Numbered from the stretch's first letter, positions 1 through 13,269 are shown. The stretch is 64,000 nt of DNA from Octopus bimaculoides (GCF_001194135.2 NC_068999.1:32657003-32721002); one strand, 5' to 3'. The notes: a model not told the origin generated them from the sequence alone. Numbers and translations are program-made.

Positions 1-200
1 GCAAATCTTCCATATTCACTGATCACATCTTGCTGCCATGTAACACCTGAAAAAGAAGCCCTTTATTGCCAGCAGAGGCGATAGGCCATTGAACTATTTC
101 CACTTTCTTTCTTTCTTTTATTTTTTTTTTTTACTTTAGCTTACTCTGCTTTTGGACCCCACTCCACCCACACCACAATCACTACTGGTGATTAACTTAC

Positions 201-263
201 CTCAGTAATAAAAGCTATTTTTTGTGAACCATCCAGGCATTTAAAAGAATCAATTTCATGTAC
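201..263 (-). CDS. Candidate short exon (VHEIDSFKCLDGSQKIAFITE), unidentified
   Basis: Perfect donor GAG|gtaagt at 200/201 and an open frame. The acceptor (aataaag) is weak. A strong acceptor (cttctttttcag|G) lies at 47-48, but the in-frame join gives VLHGSKM then a stop. Confidence 0.2.
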
Positions 264-391
264 CTTTATTGCTAATTATACTATACATCTGCTGCAAATG
301 CAGTTTTCCATCACCATCAGCCTACCTGTGATCCCACTGCACTTCTTCTGCAACCAATTATTTACACTTGGAATTTCTATTTACTTCCAGT

Positions 392-642
392 TTACATAAA
401 TACACATATGTATATAAACACATGCATACACACAGCTCTCTCTTCTTCTCTCTCACCCCCTCTCTCTTTCCCTGTCTTCCGATCCCTTCGATGTACAGAT
501 ATAAGGGAAATTTCTAAATATGTGCCTTTAGTAAACACATTTAGTCTTGCTGTGGAAAATGTTGTGGTTGAATCTCTTTCTCTCTCTCTCTCTCTGACGG
601 TGTGTCTGCATGTACGTATGTACATATTTCTATGTGTATATA

Positions 643-678
<36 letters not shown>

Positions 679-1395
679 TATATATAATATATATATATGT
701 ATGTATGTATGTATGTATATATGTACGTATATATATGTATATATATGCATATATATGTATGTATATATGTATGCATATGTCTCTGTATATATATATGCAT
801 TTACCTGTGTATATATATATGTGTATATGTATAGATGTGTGTGTATACATATATATATGTGTGTGTATGTATATATGTATGTATATATATCTATATTTGT
901 ATATATATATGTGTGTGTATATGTGCATATGTTTGTGTATATATGTGTATNNNNNNNNNNNNNNNNNNNNNNNNNNNNNNNNNNNNNNNTATATATATAT
1001 ATATATATGTATACATGTGTGTGTATGTATACATATGTGTATATATATATGTGTGTATATGTGCATATGTTTGTGTATATATGTGTATATATGTATATAT
1101 ATATATATATGTATACATGTGTGTGTATGTGTATACATATGTGTATATATATATGTATATGTGTATGTATATATATATGTATGTATAAATATGTATATAT
1201 ACAAATATATATGCACACATGTATATATACAAATATATACATGCACTCATAGATACACACACATATATATATATATATATATATGTATACGTAAATATAC
1301 ATAGACATATATTTATATGTATATACATACATATATATATGTATATATAGATATATTTATATATGTGTATATATACACACATATATATGTATACA

Positions 1396-1436
<41 letters not shown>
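392..1436. repeat. Compound (TA)/(TG)/(TACA) microsatellite with N gap at 951-989
   Basis: Seen directly. It explains all the YIYI/THTH pseudo-ORFs here. Confidence 0.95.
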
Positions 1437-1570
1437 CAGTTTTCTTTAAGTTCCCATCTGCCAAATTCACTTGCAAGGCTTGGGTCGGCTCAAGGCTATA
1501 GCAGAAGAAGCTCGCTCAAGGTAACACATTGTGGGATTGAACCCAGAACAATGTTGTTGAGAAGCAAATG
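1436..1570 (-). mobile_element. tRNA-derived SINE family A, 5' head fragment
   Basis: Matches the reverse complement of the family A head (ccaaattcac...aaggc...gctatag...agaag...ccaaggt...gggattgaacc) seen at 11930-12066 and 13270-13410. Confidence 0.75.
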
Positions 1571-3167
1571 AAGTCAGATCGGAGCACAAAGTGATTTCAT
1601 ACCTTATTCATTCAACCATTTCATTGCCTGTGTATTGAAATATAGGGTCAGTATAGTCCAGCTGGAGACAATTTAGACTGGTATTAGTATTGGAACATAG
1701 ATTTATTGATTGATTAAAGATTACATTTCTTAAGACACCTACTTACGAACATCTTATTTTCTTTCTCTTTTTCTCTTCTGTTGTCTTATCTCTCATTCTT
1801 ACCTTCTGTATTTTGTTTATCATCTGTGTAAGTCTCTCTTTCTCATAGTTCCTGCCTCCCTCTCCCTACTTCTATGCCTTCTGTGTACCGTTAACATCTT
1901 GTAGTTAGCAGCTAAGGTGTTCAGTCATGTATTGTGGTACAGCTTCAAGCATATAACTTTAGTCGCATTATATACTTGTTACAAAATAGCAGCATCTGTA
2001 ATCATCATTATCATTGCCATTATTTCTATCATTTCTTTATCGAGAAGTTTGCTTACCGCCAACTGCCAAGGGAGATAACTCTAGAGCTCTTTTGACATTT
2101 ATCTCCCTTTACATTAAATTGTTGCAGATTGCCATAAGCTTGACCGTGTGTGTTACGACTTTTACCTGTGATTATTTATTGGTGTGATTATTTCTTCCTA
2201 TATTTTGCACTTGGATATTTTGCAGAAATTTTCTTGTTTGTGTAATCCTATCTGAACTTCTTTGAAAATTTAATCTCTCTGTATAATCTAGATTTACGTG
2301 TGAATGTGCGTTGTCGTACGAATGTTTCGTTATATAATATTTTTTAATATTTTCCACATGTCCCCTGATATCCATAGTTTAATGTTTTTATTTTATATCA
2401 TTATTGAACGCTCTGGCCTATGGTTAAATACCAATATACAGACCTGCAACACAACCGCTGTCTGGACAAGCTGCCGAGGGATCACAGTGTACTGTCTGAA
2501 ACAGATGGGTTTGTCATGGCTAGAATATATTTAATTATAAATGTGCTTGATTAAAGTCGACCTAGGATTAAGGAACACTTACAATTACTGGCGTGTGTGT
2601 GATCCTAAACTAGTATATTCTAACTAATATCCTGGTTGGTGTGCATATTTCTCACACCGTTGTTGGAAATTGATCAGGATAGTAATGAGCAAAATTCTCT
2701 TGTTGCCTGTTCTCCTCGGTACAGCCAGCAAATTTCCCTTAAATCACACTTTACTGTATTGAGGAAGAACACATCATACAATGTAATTCTAGATTACACT
2801 ACAGTGTGTGTGTATAAAAGAACTAAAATATAATTGATATTGTAGGACTCTTTAACCAGGAGTGACCTGGTATTAAACAGTAACAACTGATCCATACAAC
2901 ACTGTTTCGGTGTATGTCTACTCTAACACTCTAATCAGGTTTACAATGCAACAATTGTGATTTATGTCTTCTGTGACAGATTAAGCTTGACTACACAATA
3001 ATTGTGTTGTGCACCTGTTCTAGCTAATTGGCCAAGTCTTAAGAACAAAAATTGTGCATAGTTTCTCTTAGACTATCTCTTTCTATTTCATCAGGCTCAC
3101 CACCATGCACACAAATGCGAAAGCTCCTAATCTTGACTGTTTACCTCTCATTGTGCGCTAGATATAG

Positions 3168-3212
<45 letters not shown>

Positions 3213-3259
3213 ATATATATATATATATATATGTATATATGCCAATCTTGGGATACACA

Positions 3260-4140
3260 AGATAGTGTGTGCCATTCCTAAGAGCAATAATCTTTTGGAC
3301 ACATCCAACCATTGTCCTGTCACGCTCACTTCCAGAATCAATTCCAATATGATGAACCTGGTCATTAACAGCAGTTTCTTCTACCACCTTCAATCTCTTT
3401 CCCTCTTTAATGAGCACTAGTATGGCTTTCATAAAGCCAGATCAGCAGTCACCTGCGGACTCTGGAAACGAAAATATGTGGTTTAAACCATTATTTTTTT
3501 ATGCAATCAACGAAACTTTTTAACAAACAAATCTAGCAGAACCGCCCAGGTAGCTACTCCAGCCATCTCTCACCTCTTTAATCAGTGGGTCCCCATCAGA
3601 GTACTATCCCACAGTGTATACTGTTGGAACATTCTGACCTACACTCTATCGACTTCAGTGTTCTTCAAGGCTTGGTTATGTCCCCTACACTCACTCTTCT
3701 ATAAAGCAGCAAACTGCTTGCTGATTTTCAGTATTTACTCCTATGCAAACAATAATACATTTCATTCCTCTCTAATGTTCTGCAATGCAAACTGGACACC
3801 TCACACTGGATCTGTATCAACTCTGTGTGGTTTAATATTGTCTCTCTTAACTACCAAAAGCCACTGTCACTAAATATTTTAAGAAAATATTATTACTTTC
3901 AACTACTAAATAGCATGCAACTAGAATTTTTTCAGTTGCTGCAAGTGCTTGCTCTATTGTCACTAAGGATCCCTTGTGATAATTGCAGCTTCTTACCAGA
4001 CCAAAAAAAAAAAAAAAAAACATCAAAAAGCATTACCTTCGTCTTCAATATCAGAAAATAGTTCATCTCGTCAACAATTAATCTGCTACAAAGCTCATGT
4101 GAGACCCACAGTAGATTACTTCTCTCGCGTTTCTGATGAG
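3260..4140 (+). mobile_element. Decayed CR1/L2-like LINE, reverse transcriptase fragment
   Basis: Collinear RT motifs across frames with stops and frameshifts: IPKSNNLLDTSNHCPVTLTS (PK..D.SNYRPISLTS), H*YGFHKARS (QYGFR..RS), SVLQGLVMSPTL (GVPQGSVLSP), YSYANNNTFH (YADD), QLICYKAHVRPTVDY (LYKAQVRP.MEY). Confidence 0.8.
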
Positions 4141-4149
4141 AATATTGTT

Positions 4150-4374
4150 ACATCTCTATCTTTTATCTTTTACTCATTGGACTGTGGCCATGCTGGTTCA
4201 CCACCTTGAAGGGTTTAGGTCAAACAAATCAACTCCCGAACTTATTCCTTAAGCCTGGTACTTATTCTGTTGGTCTCTTTTTGTTGACTTAGGAAGTCAT
4301 TGGGGTCTAAACCAACTAGCACTGGTTATTGTCAAGCACTGGAGGGATAGCAAACACTGAAAGACACACATAAT

Positions 4375-4428
<54 letters not shown>

Positions 4429-4671
4429 NNNNNNNNNNNNNNNNNNNNNNNNNNNNNNNNNNNNNNNNNNNNNNNNNNNNNNNNNNNNNNTCTCTCTCTC
4501 TCTCTCTCATACACGTGTATACAGCAGGTTTCCACACAGTTTCCATTTACCAAATTCACTCATAACCCACTGGCCAACCTAGGGCTATTGTAGAAAACAA
4601 TGTGCTTTTCAGTGGGAGTGAAGCCAAAGCCATATGGTTGCAAAGTGACCTTCTTAACCACCCAGACTGTA
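4150..4671 (-). mobile_element. SINE family A copy with internal (CA)n/(CT)n and gap
   Basis: Tail (tcttttactcattggactgtggccatgctgg) at the left and tRNA-like head at the right. The head is repeated at 4683-4871 across a 10-N gap. Confidence 0.85.
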
Positions 4672-5044
4672 CNNNNNNNNNNCTCTCTCTCTCTCTCTCT
4701 CTCTCTCATACACGTGTATACAGCAGGTTTCCACACAGTTTCCATTTACCAAATTCACTCATAACCCACTGGCCAACCTAGGGCTATTGTAGAAAACAAT
4801 GTGCTGTGCAGTGGGAGTGAGGCCAAAGCCATATGGTTGCAAAGTGACCTTCTTAACCACCCAGACTGTACTCAAAGTATAGTCCTGCAATTGATTGACC
4901 TGAAGTCAGTTGTCAGTGTGCTCCAACCTCCTGCTGAAAAACATACTCTGTCTTCTCTCTCTGATTTTTCTCCTAATACACCAGCAATGGTCTCTGTTCT
5001 TCATTGAGGATTAATCTTTGCGATTTCTATTCAGGTACTTCCAG

Positions 5045-5265
5045 CTCGCTCATCTCTCCTCCTCCCTCTTGTCTTTCCTCCTCCTCCCTCTTGTCTTTCC
5101 TCCTCCTCCCTCTTGTCTTTCCTCCTCTTCCCTCTCATCTTTCCTCCTCCACCTCCTCCTCTTCATCTGGTCTCTCCTCCTCCTCCTCCTCTCATCGTCT
5201 CACCTCTTCCTCCTCTTTTTCTCATCTCTCTACCTCCTCTCATCTCTACTCCTCCTCTCATCACC
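5045..5265. repeat. CT-rich low-complexity tract with 22-bp unit (cctcctccctcttgtctttcct) x3
   Basis: Seen directly. Confidence 0.85.
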
Positions 5266-6960
5266 CATACTGTTTTCCCCACCATGTTAACTCTTCTGTC
5301 CAGTCTTTCTTCCTCAAATTTTGAGTCAGTGTGAAGTGGGGGAGGGTAGTGTCAGTTTGGGTCAACAGATTCAGTGGAGGGGGAGTGTACAGTACATCAT
5401 AGTGGTTGATCTTTTTCTTTGTTGATTGGTGGTATTGCAGAGACTGTAACTTAACCACCTCTGCTTTTGTTGGGCTGTTTCCAGAAGCAACTTCTTAGCC
5501 CCAAGTACACTTACCACCTCTCCACTCATGGATATAGCATGAAGGAAAGACATTTGCATCACCCATGGAGCCACAGGGGATGCCAAATATATGGTCAAAT
5601 ATAACTGTACATATCTAGGGTTCATCCCTCCAAATTTTTAGTGGTGAGGCGTTACTCCCTTAACCTTTTTATTTTTATTTTTGACGGAGATGACTGTCCA
5701 CAAGTGCAAGCCCTGCGAATCAGTGGCTGTTCCAGCATATCTCTCTCGCTATACTCTGGGGCAATGCCTTTTCCATTTTATCTGCTGGGGCCACAGGAAT
5801 ATGTATACTCCACTCCTTAAATACTTAGATCCATGCAATAATTTGTTATTTTAATTCTACTATAGTAACAGTTGATAAATTGATATAATTCAATGCAAGT
5901 GAAACAGTTGTTGAATGATGGTGAGTGACGGTGAGAGAGTGATTGTATATCAAACTGATAGCTTTTTATTACATATTTAACCTGGCTGGTTTCAAAATAA
6001 TCTACCAAGATTCCAAGAAAAGTTTCTGTTTTATTGAGAGCCTTTTTATTTTTTTTTATTTTTTTTTTTTTTCTAATTTCCTGTCAAATAACAACCCTTT
6101 CTAGCTTTCTTTTGTGAATACTCTGCCTTTCTATACTACTCTTTGACATCAAACAAAATAATTTGCTTAAATCAATGATATTAAAGTCTGAATAATTGTC
6201 TTGGTTTGCATAAAAACGTCACCAACTCAAGAGGATCATTTTGTAAGGCTCACAATACAATTACAAATGGATGTTTTGACAAACATGATCGTGGCTTTTG
6301 TACAGTCAATTAGATGAAGGAACACGTTTCGGATATTCTCGTCTAATATTCCATTACTAACATATTTTGTTTTTTCTGCTAATTTTCACTGTTGAGAGGC
6401 AGGAAATAACAAGTTTAAGGCTGTGGTCGATGATAAGGGGGATGATTTCTATTCCACCTCTTCTATCCGAATCATCTCCTCAATGAATTTTACTTGAAGA
6501 AATTAAAACTTGGAATTAGTATTTGATGTTCTGAATGAAAACTTCTACTGTGATTAGTTCTGTGATTTTTTTTTTTTTAATAAAAATTTCTATCATGTTC
6601 AGGAGTTGTGTTCAATTGAGTTTGATGCGTTTTTTTTGTTTTTTTGTTTTCTTTTGTCTCTTTATACCTTGAAAACAAAAAGAACGAATTTGCAAAGAAT
6701 ACAAACTGTGTATGGATGTGGGTGTATGTATGTTTGTGTATACATGTACATGTGCATGTTGGTGTGTGTGTATATGTATATATATATATATATATATGCA
6801 CACACACACACACACTCACACAAACACTCTCACAAACACTCATACCACGTGTGGATGTGTCTGTGTGTTGTAATTTTATAAAAATTCTCTTATTTTGAAG
6901 GTCTGTTTTGTAAAGTCCAACCATTCCTGCTGCACTCTCACTGTATTCCACTGCTTCTCT

Positions 6961-7046
6961 ACTGCATCCATACTACTTCTTTACTGCATCCATACTACTT
7001 TGCTACTGCATCCATACTGCCTCTCAATTGCATTCCTACTGTAATG
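6961..7046. repeat. 22-bp minisatellite (actgcatccatactac......) x~3.7
   Basis: Units start at 6961, 6983, 7005 and 7027. Confidence 0.9.
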
Positions 7047-7938
7047 TTTTTAAAACACATTAACTGCTTTATAATTACAGTCTTTATTCACTGAAAAAAA
7101 AATAAATGGTTTCTGTTTTGTTTCATCGTGGTGGGTATTCAATGTTTCCAACTTTCTACTGCAGTGTGGTGATTGCGATGTGTGTGTAGGGGGGTTAGTG
7201 GGGGGCAAGTCTTTGGTGGTTTGTGTTGTTGTGGGAGGTAATTGTATTAGAGGTGGGAATGGTTGTGATGTTGTGATGATACATGTGTATGTCTGTGGGG
7301 TACAGGTTGTGTGATGCATTGGTGGTGCGGTGGTTGAGGTGTTATCTGTGATGGTGGTGTTACATGTGATGATAGTAATGATGATAATAATGATTGTCCA
7401 TTCCTTTTGTCATATTTGATGCTTTTAAAATTGAATCATTTTTTTTAATGATTAGTTGCAGCAAATGTATTTGCTATCATCATCATCGTTTTGGCACCAC
7501 CATCCACATTATACCTGCAATAACTCTTCTTCACATCATTGCTTCTGTCACCACCACTACCACTGTTGTTCCCTCCCACTGTAACCATTACTGCCATTGT
7601 TGTGGTCATCACCATTTTCATCATCATCACTAGCAATGAAGATGTTTCACCAACTAATGGTACACACATACAGTTCTCCAATTGATCCACACACACACAC
7701 ACACACACACATTATAGTTGGTGTATATACACATAACCACTGCTCTATTTTGGTCCATACAAACACACAGTTCTCTATAGCTCGCCCACACGCACACACA
7801 CACATACAGTTACCTATATACAGTATACACATACACACACACTTGTTTTCTGTTGACATTGTGTTTAGGTTGTGTAGTATGTCTGTGTCCCTGTTAAGAG
7901 CCACTTATTAGTACCTACATAACTGTCTATATATACTA

Positions 7939-7972
<34 letters not shown>

Positions 7973-9119
7973 CATTTGTTTATACTACTATAAACACCAC
8001 CAACTGTCTATCATGCACCATCATATACACTCCCATCTCTATAAATTGTTGTATATAGACAGAGATGTATATACTAGTGAGATGTTGATGTCTCTTTAAA
8101 TTAAAAGAATATTTTTTTTTATAAAATTTCACCTCAACATTTTAAGAATTGAAAGTATCAGTTTATATATATATAAAGAGACAGAGAGAGAGCTAACAGA
8201 TGAGATACAGAGATGCTCAATATAGTAAAAATTAGCAGCACTCAAATGATTTTTTAACTTACTCTGAAATTTTTACTGAGGACTAAGTCTGTGGGATAAA
8301 GAGTGAAGTTATTTTACTAATAAATTAAAACTGCTTGGGTTAAATATACAAAATATACATTCATAAATATGTAAATAGAAATAAAACAACGACTGTATCT
8401 CTCCAGCCTGAAGATGGAGGTCAGATCTACCTAATGTTTATATGCTTCCACTACTAGTTGTATATTTGTTACAAACTCATCTGCCATCATTACAGAATAA
8501 TTCTGAATCCCCTGAAACAGCTGTCAGACCTGTAACACCATACATTCTCCCTTTAATTTTCTGTGTCTTTGTACTCTGCGGAAATCTACTCTGTTGATAT
8601 ATAAACATCTATATATTTATACATTAATGTTCATTGCCTGAATATTTTCAGTCTGTTTTCTCTGTTTACATGTATATATATGGCCAGGATGCCAGCTTGT
8701 CCGATGACAAGTAGGCCCCTGCACCATTAGAATCCATATATGGGGGCCCATGTTAGTATTTAAGGGGCCCATCCCCTCAAGTTTCAGAGGAATGCACATA
8801 CACTCCATACACACGATCCCACACACACTCCTGCTCACAAACACATACACACACACATGCATACACTACACACAAAACACACACACACAACATATACATA
8901 CACACACACATGTACATACATACATGCACACACATACTTCAAACTGCCAGTCAAACACCTTTCTACTGACCATTCCTCTACACACATGTGAAGAAACACA
9001 CAACCATACAAAAAGACCACCACTCCTGCTACCAAATTCTTCCTACAACATTAAGCGACACAAAGTTCACATACACATATAAACAACCAACACCACACAC
9101 ACACACACACACAACATAT

Positions 9120-9154
<35 letters not shown>

Positions 9155-9444
9155 NNNNNNNNNNNNNNNNNNNNNNNNNNNNNNNNNNNNNNNNNNNNNN
9201 NNNNNNNNNNNNNNNNNNNNNNNNNNNNNNNNNNNNNNNNNNNNNNNNNNNNNNNNNNNNNNNNNNNNNNNNNNNNNNNNNNNNNNNNNNNNNNNNNNNN
9301 NNNNNNNNNNNNNNNNNNNNNNNNNNNNNNNNNNNNNNNNNNNNNNNNNNNNNNNNNNNNNNNNNNNNNNNNNNNNNNNNNNNNNNNNNNNNNNNNNNNN
9401 NNNNNNNNNNNNNNNNNNNNNNNNNNNNNNNNNNNNNNNNNNNN

Positions 9445-9478
<34 letters not shown>

Positions 9479-9714
9479 AATATATGAGTATATCCATAAA
9501 TATGTACATGTATGTACATACCTTCATCTACATGTACATATAGATACATATCTGGGTACATGATGTTGCAAAAGAACATGGACAAAATGGTAAGCAAGGT
9601 ACAACAAACAAGCAGGCCACATAGAGAACATATCCTTCATCAGCTGCCACCATTAAAACACCGGCGTTTCGAAGAGTTGTATATAAAATAATATACGTGT
9701 ATGTATTTAAAGTA

Positions 9715-9810
9715 AGTCCCTAGGGTTGATTCATTTGACTAAAATTCTTCAAGGCTGTGCCCCAGTATGGCTACAGCCTAATGACTGAAATAAGTAAAGG
9801 ATAAAAAAAT
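9715..9810 (+). mobile_element. SINE family A 3' tail fragment
   Basis: gggttgattcatttgactaaaattcttcaaggctgtgccccagtatggc...aatgactgaaataagtaaagga. Confidence 0.75.
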
Positions 9811-10431
9811 ATATGTTGTTTTCTACGCGTGTATCTATGTACACAGTTTCTGTGTATGTATGTGCATAGGTGTATAGAGTATGTCTATATGTATATTTCA
9901 TGTTTTTTATGTACTTTGTGTGTGTTTGTATGTTGTCTGGTTACGTGTTCCTATCTGGGTCTAAAGAGTATGTATACGTGTGTGTGTGTGTGTGTATTTT
10001 CATGTGTATGTAATTATAGGTGTTTGAATTCTGCCTATTATGGGTGTTTCCTAATTTCTAGCAAAGTCAGATTTACCAAATTAAGATTCTTATATACATT
10101 TATTCGACATTTTCTGTGGTGTCTTGTTGAAGAAATCGTAATTTGTAATTAAGAAAGTCTTTTTAAGAGAGCTTTCAGTCTGTTTTAATGATCTGTTGCT
10201 TCTTACTTCCTGCAATATTGTCTACAGACAGAGAGAAATAGGTCAACCGGATTAAAAGAAGTAATTCTAACATCAGAATAAGTAAGTTCTTTGATGACAA
10301 ATTGATTTTAATTCCAGTGAGAAATAACAACCACCACCACTTCATCAGCAGGAACAATAAACAATAAAAGAAACTCACAGACAGATTTTTTAAAATTATA
10401 AATGATTCTGATGAAGATATGTGAGACACAC

Positions 10432-10513
10432 CCTGCTTGGATTGAACCAGTTCTTGCTGTCTTTGCATCCGCACTCAACAGCATGACTGTATTTTTTCTT
10501 GTGTTCTTTGCAT
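10432..10513 (-). CDS. Candidate 82-nt exon of an unidentified minus-strand gene
   Basis: Good acceptor (tatgcttttgttttctaacttag|ATGC) and possible donor AGG|gtgtgt. One frame reads CKEHKKKYSHAVECGCKDSKNWFNPSR and another MQRTQEKIQSCC*. A second strong acceptor (ctatttctctctgtctgtag|) lies 210 nt downstream at 10222-10223. The sequence is not repetitive. Confidence 0.4.
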
Positions 10514-11355
10514 CTAAGTTAGAAAACAAAAGCATAAAATATGAAGTTGTTAAGGGAGTTGATGTTAATGTGGAAATTTTGAAATTATCATTGCTGTAAT
10601 TCATTTCAAGAAATTTAGATAAAAACATGAGAGAAAAAAANNNNNNNNNNAACAGGTGTGTTGAAAGGAAGATTGATAGATAAAGATGGGTAGAGAGATG
10701 GTTAGATTAGTTATCTAGATGAATTAATTAGTAGAAAGAAATAGTTGATAGGTAGAGAGAGGTTGGATTTAAAGGAGAATGTTATTAAAAGGAAGAATGT
10801 ACATGTGGGGGAGTGAAATGTGGAAAGGATCTTTAGGAGAAATAATAACAAAAGAGGGAGACTATGTTGGTTTTTCCCTCCTCCTGTTGAAATTAGGGGT
10901 GGGGCTAACTAACTGCTGGTTTAACAAGGTAGAGTGGTGGGTGATGGGGGTGAGGTATAGCTAATGAGAATCTAATTGAAATCAATAGCAAGAGGAAATT
11001 CTTTCTGTCAGTGATACTGAATATTTCTTGTATTCTACCATTGACAGATTCCTTATCCTCCAAGATATACAATACAATTCCAAACTGCTGCCTACTTCCT
11101 TTTTATTTCAATTTACTTTCCATTTAACTCGAATGTCAATATCATTGTCCTACTGAATGTTCTCATTATACACAATTATTGTGTGTGTTTAACACAATAC
11201 AGTCTCTCTTTTACATATATATAGATGTGCGTGTGCGCGTGCACACACACACAGAGTAACTTAATTTTTAACTACAAAATGTTAACTGAGAAAGAATTCA
11301 ATGCATATAGTTAAGTTACAGATTTATTTAATGTTAGATAGATAGTTAGATTTGT

Positions 11356-11445
11356 GTAGATAGGTGGTAGATTGGTAAGTATAGATGGGTAGGTAGGTAG
11401 GTAGATAGGTGGTAGATTGGTAAGTATAGATGGGTAGGTAGGTAG
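11356..11445. repeat. 45-bp tandem duplication within (TAGA/TAGG) repeats
   Basis: gtagataggtggtagattggtaagtatagatgggtaggtaggtag x2. Confidence 0.9.
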
Positions 11446-11659
11446 GTAGGTAGATAGATAGATAGATGTGTACATGCAGAAAGTGTAATGTTATGCGGGT
11501 GTGAAATGTGGGTATTGAATAGAAAGGATGTGTGAAAGGTGGAAAAGAAATGAAGCAAGTATTTTCTGCTGGATGTGAGAACAACGGAGTATAAATGGAG
11601 AGAAAAACTGGGTAAAAGAGAAATCTAATGTAGTATGGAATAGAGGAGGCTGCACTGGT

Positions 11660-12066
11660 ATCTTTTATCTTTTACTTGTTTCAGTCATTAAATTGCAGCC
11701 ATGCTGGGGCACCACCTTGAAGAATTCTTAGTTGAATGAATTGACCCCAGGACTTAGTTTTTAAAGCCTCGTACTTATTCTATTGGTTTCTTTTGCTGAA
11801 CAGCTAAGTTAGAGAGACATAAACACACTAACACTAGTTGTCAAATGGTGGTGTGGAGACAGACACATACACACACACACATTTAGACATACATATGTAC
11901 ACACAAATACACAATGAGCTTCTTTCAAGTTCCTTATACCAAATCCACTAATAAGGCTTTGATTGGGCTGAGGTTATAAAAGAAGACACTTGCCCAAGTT
12001 GTCACACAGTGGGACTGAATCTGGAACCACGTGCTTGAGAAAGAAACTTCTTACCACACAACCATG
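11660..12066 (-). mobile_element. Full-length SINE family A
   Basis: Tail tcttttatcttttacttgtttcagtc, body, internal CA tract at ~11864-11900, and tRNA-like head ending cttcttaccacacaacc. Confidence 0.9.
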
Positions 12067-12477
12067 TATGGTATGGGCATTTAGCAGATATGGAGGAGAG
12101 TGAGATTTGAGCAAAAAAATACTAACTTATCCAAGTGGATTGTACCTGAAGTAGAGGAAGACCCAGGAAGGGATGATACTAACAGATGTGTTAGAAGCTA
12201 ATCAAAAAAAGACCAAATCTCTCAAAGGAGAAAATAGACAAGTTGAAGAAGATCTGTTTAACCCATGTGAGCCAAGGGAAAAATTGGGTATGAATTATAA
12301 TGATGGTGGTGATGATAGTGAAACCACTATAATGTCTATCATCCATCCAGCTATCTATCTCTGATTTGAGAAAAGTCTATGACAGTCAGTCTAACTCATT
12401 CTATAATGTAAGGCAGATGTAAATTGGTGGTAATGTTAGTACAATATTTACAGATATGCAATATTATATTGTTTGTT

Positions 12478-12640
12478 AAGGTGACAAACTGGCAGAATCA
12501 TCAGCATGCTGGCCAAAATACTTAGTGGTATTTCATCCATCTTTATGTTCTGAGTTCAAATTCTGCCAAAGTTGACTTTGCCTTTAATCCTTTCAGGGTT
12601 GATAAAATAAGTACTGGCTGAACACTGTTGTTGATGTAAT
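12478..12640 (+). mobile_element. tRNA-derived SINE family B
   Basis: ctggcagaatcatcagcatgctgg...ttctgagttcaaattctgcc..agttgactttgccttt.atcctttcagggttgataaaataagtac. Confidence 0.85.
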
Positions 12641-13269
12641 CTACAACTATCGCTAACACCACTATGCTACTCCTCCCACTTAATCACTTCTTCCACAATC
12701 ACAACCATTCCTGACTATCACATAAACCCTCTAAGTACATTTGCAATCTCCCTGATGTAAACAAAGAATAGCCCCACCCCTACCCCAGCAATCATTACAA
12801 AACACCCCCTCCTCTCTCTTGCCTGCCACTACTTAAAGGAATTACCAATCAGAAAGAGAGACCAAAAGAGATCTCTAAATAATTTGATAAGCACCTGCTT
12901 GCCTTCATTACCATAATTTGTTACATTCATTAACTTTCTTATTAGTTGCTTTATTTTTTTTTTCTACTGTTGTTGTTATTGATGTTGACATTGAATCCAT
13001 TGTTGTTACTGTTGTATTTAATCCACTTCATCTTCATTTAGTCTGTGTTAAGCCAGTTGTGTGAGTGCCATAGATAAATGAGTACTTTGTGGGGAGAGTG
13101 GTCCTAGATTGGGCTCTGTCCACCCCTACTCCTTTTTACTGTGGTTGTTGTCTCTAATCTCCTTGAGGAGGAAAGATATGGATGTTATAATTTCTCTGTT
13201 TACTTCATTCACTCTCCCCTACCATTCCTCCCTAAATTTATTGTATCAATGTTAATGTACAGATGCAGG

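Noticed and set aside
392-1400. Several 100-300-aa ORFs on both strands (also 8750-9597, 23939-24438, 25473-26015, 50710-51432, 53887-54403)
   Set aside because: They are translations of dinucleotide microsatellites and N gaps, which lack stops by composition.
4491-4871. Near-identical direct repeat (4491-4671 and 4683-4871)
   Set aside because: The copies abut a 10-N gap and differ at a few bases. This is most likely unmerged contig ends or haplotypes, not a real duplication.
5004-5334. Ser/Pro/Leu-rich ORFs
   Set aside because: They come from CT-rich low-complexity repeat.
8405-8530. ctgaaga ... gaaacagctgt, hammerhead-like
   Set aside because: The core halves are ~100 nt apart with no connecting stem II.
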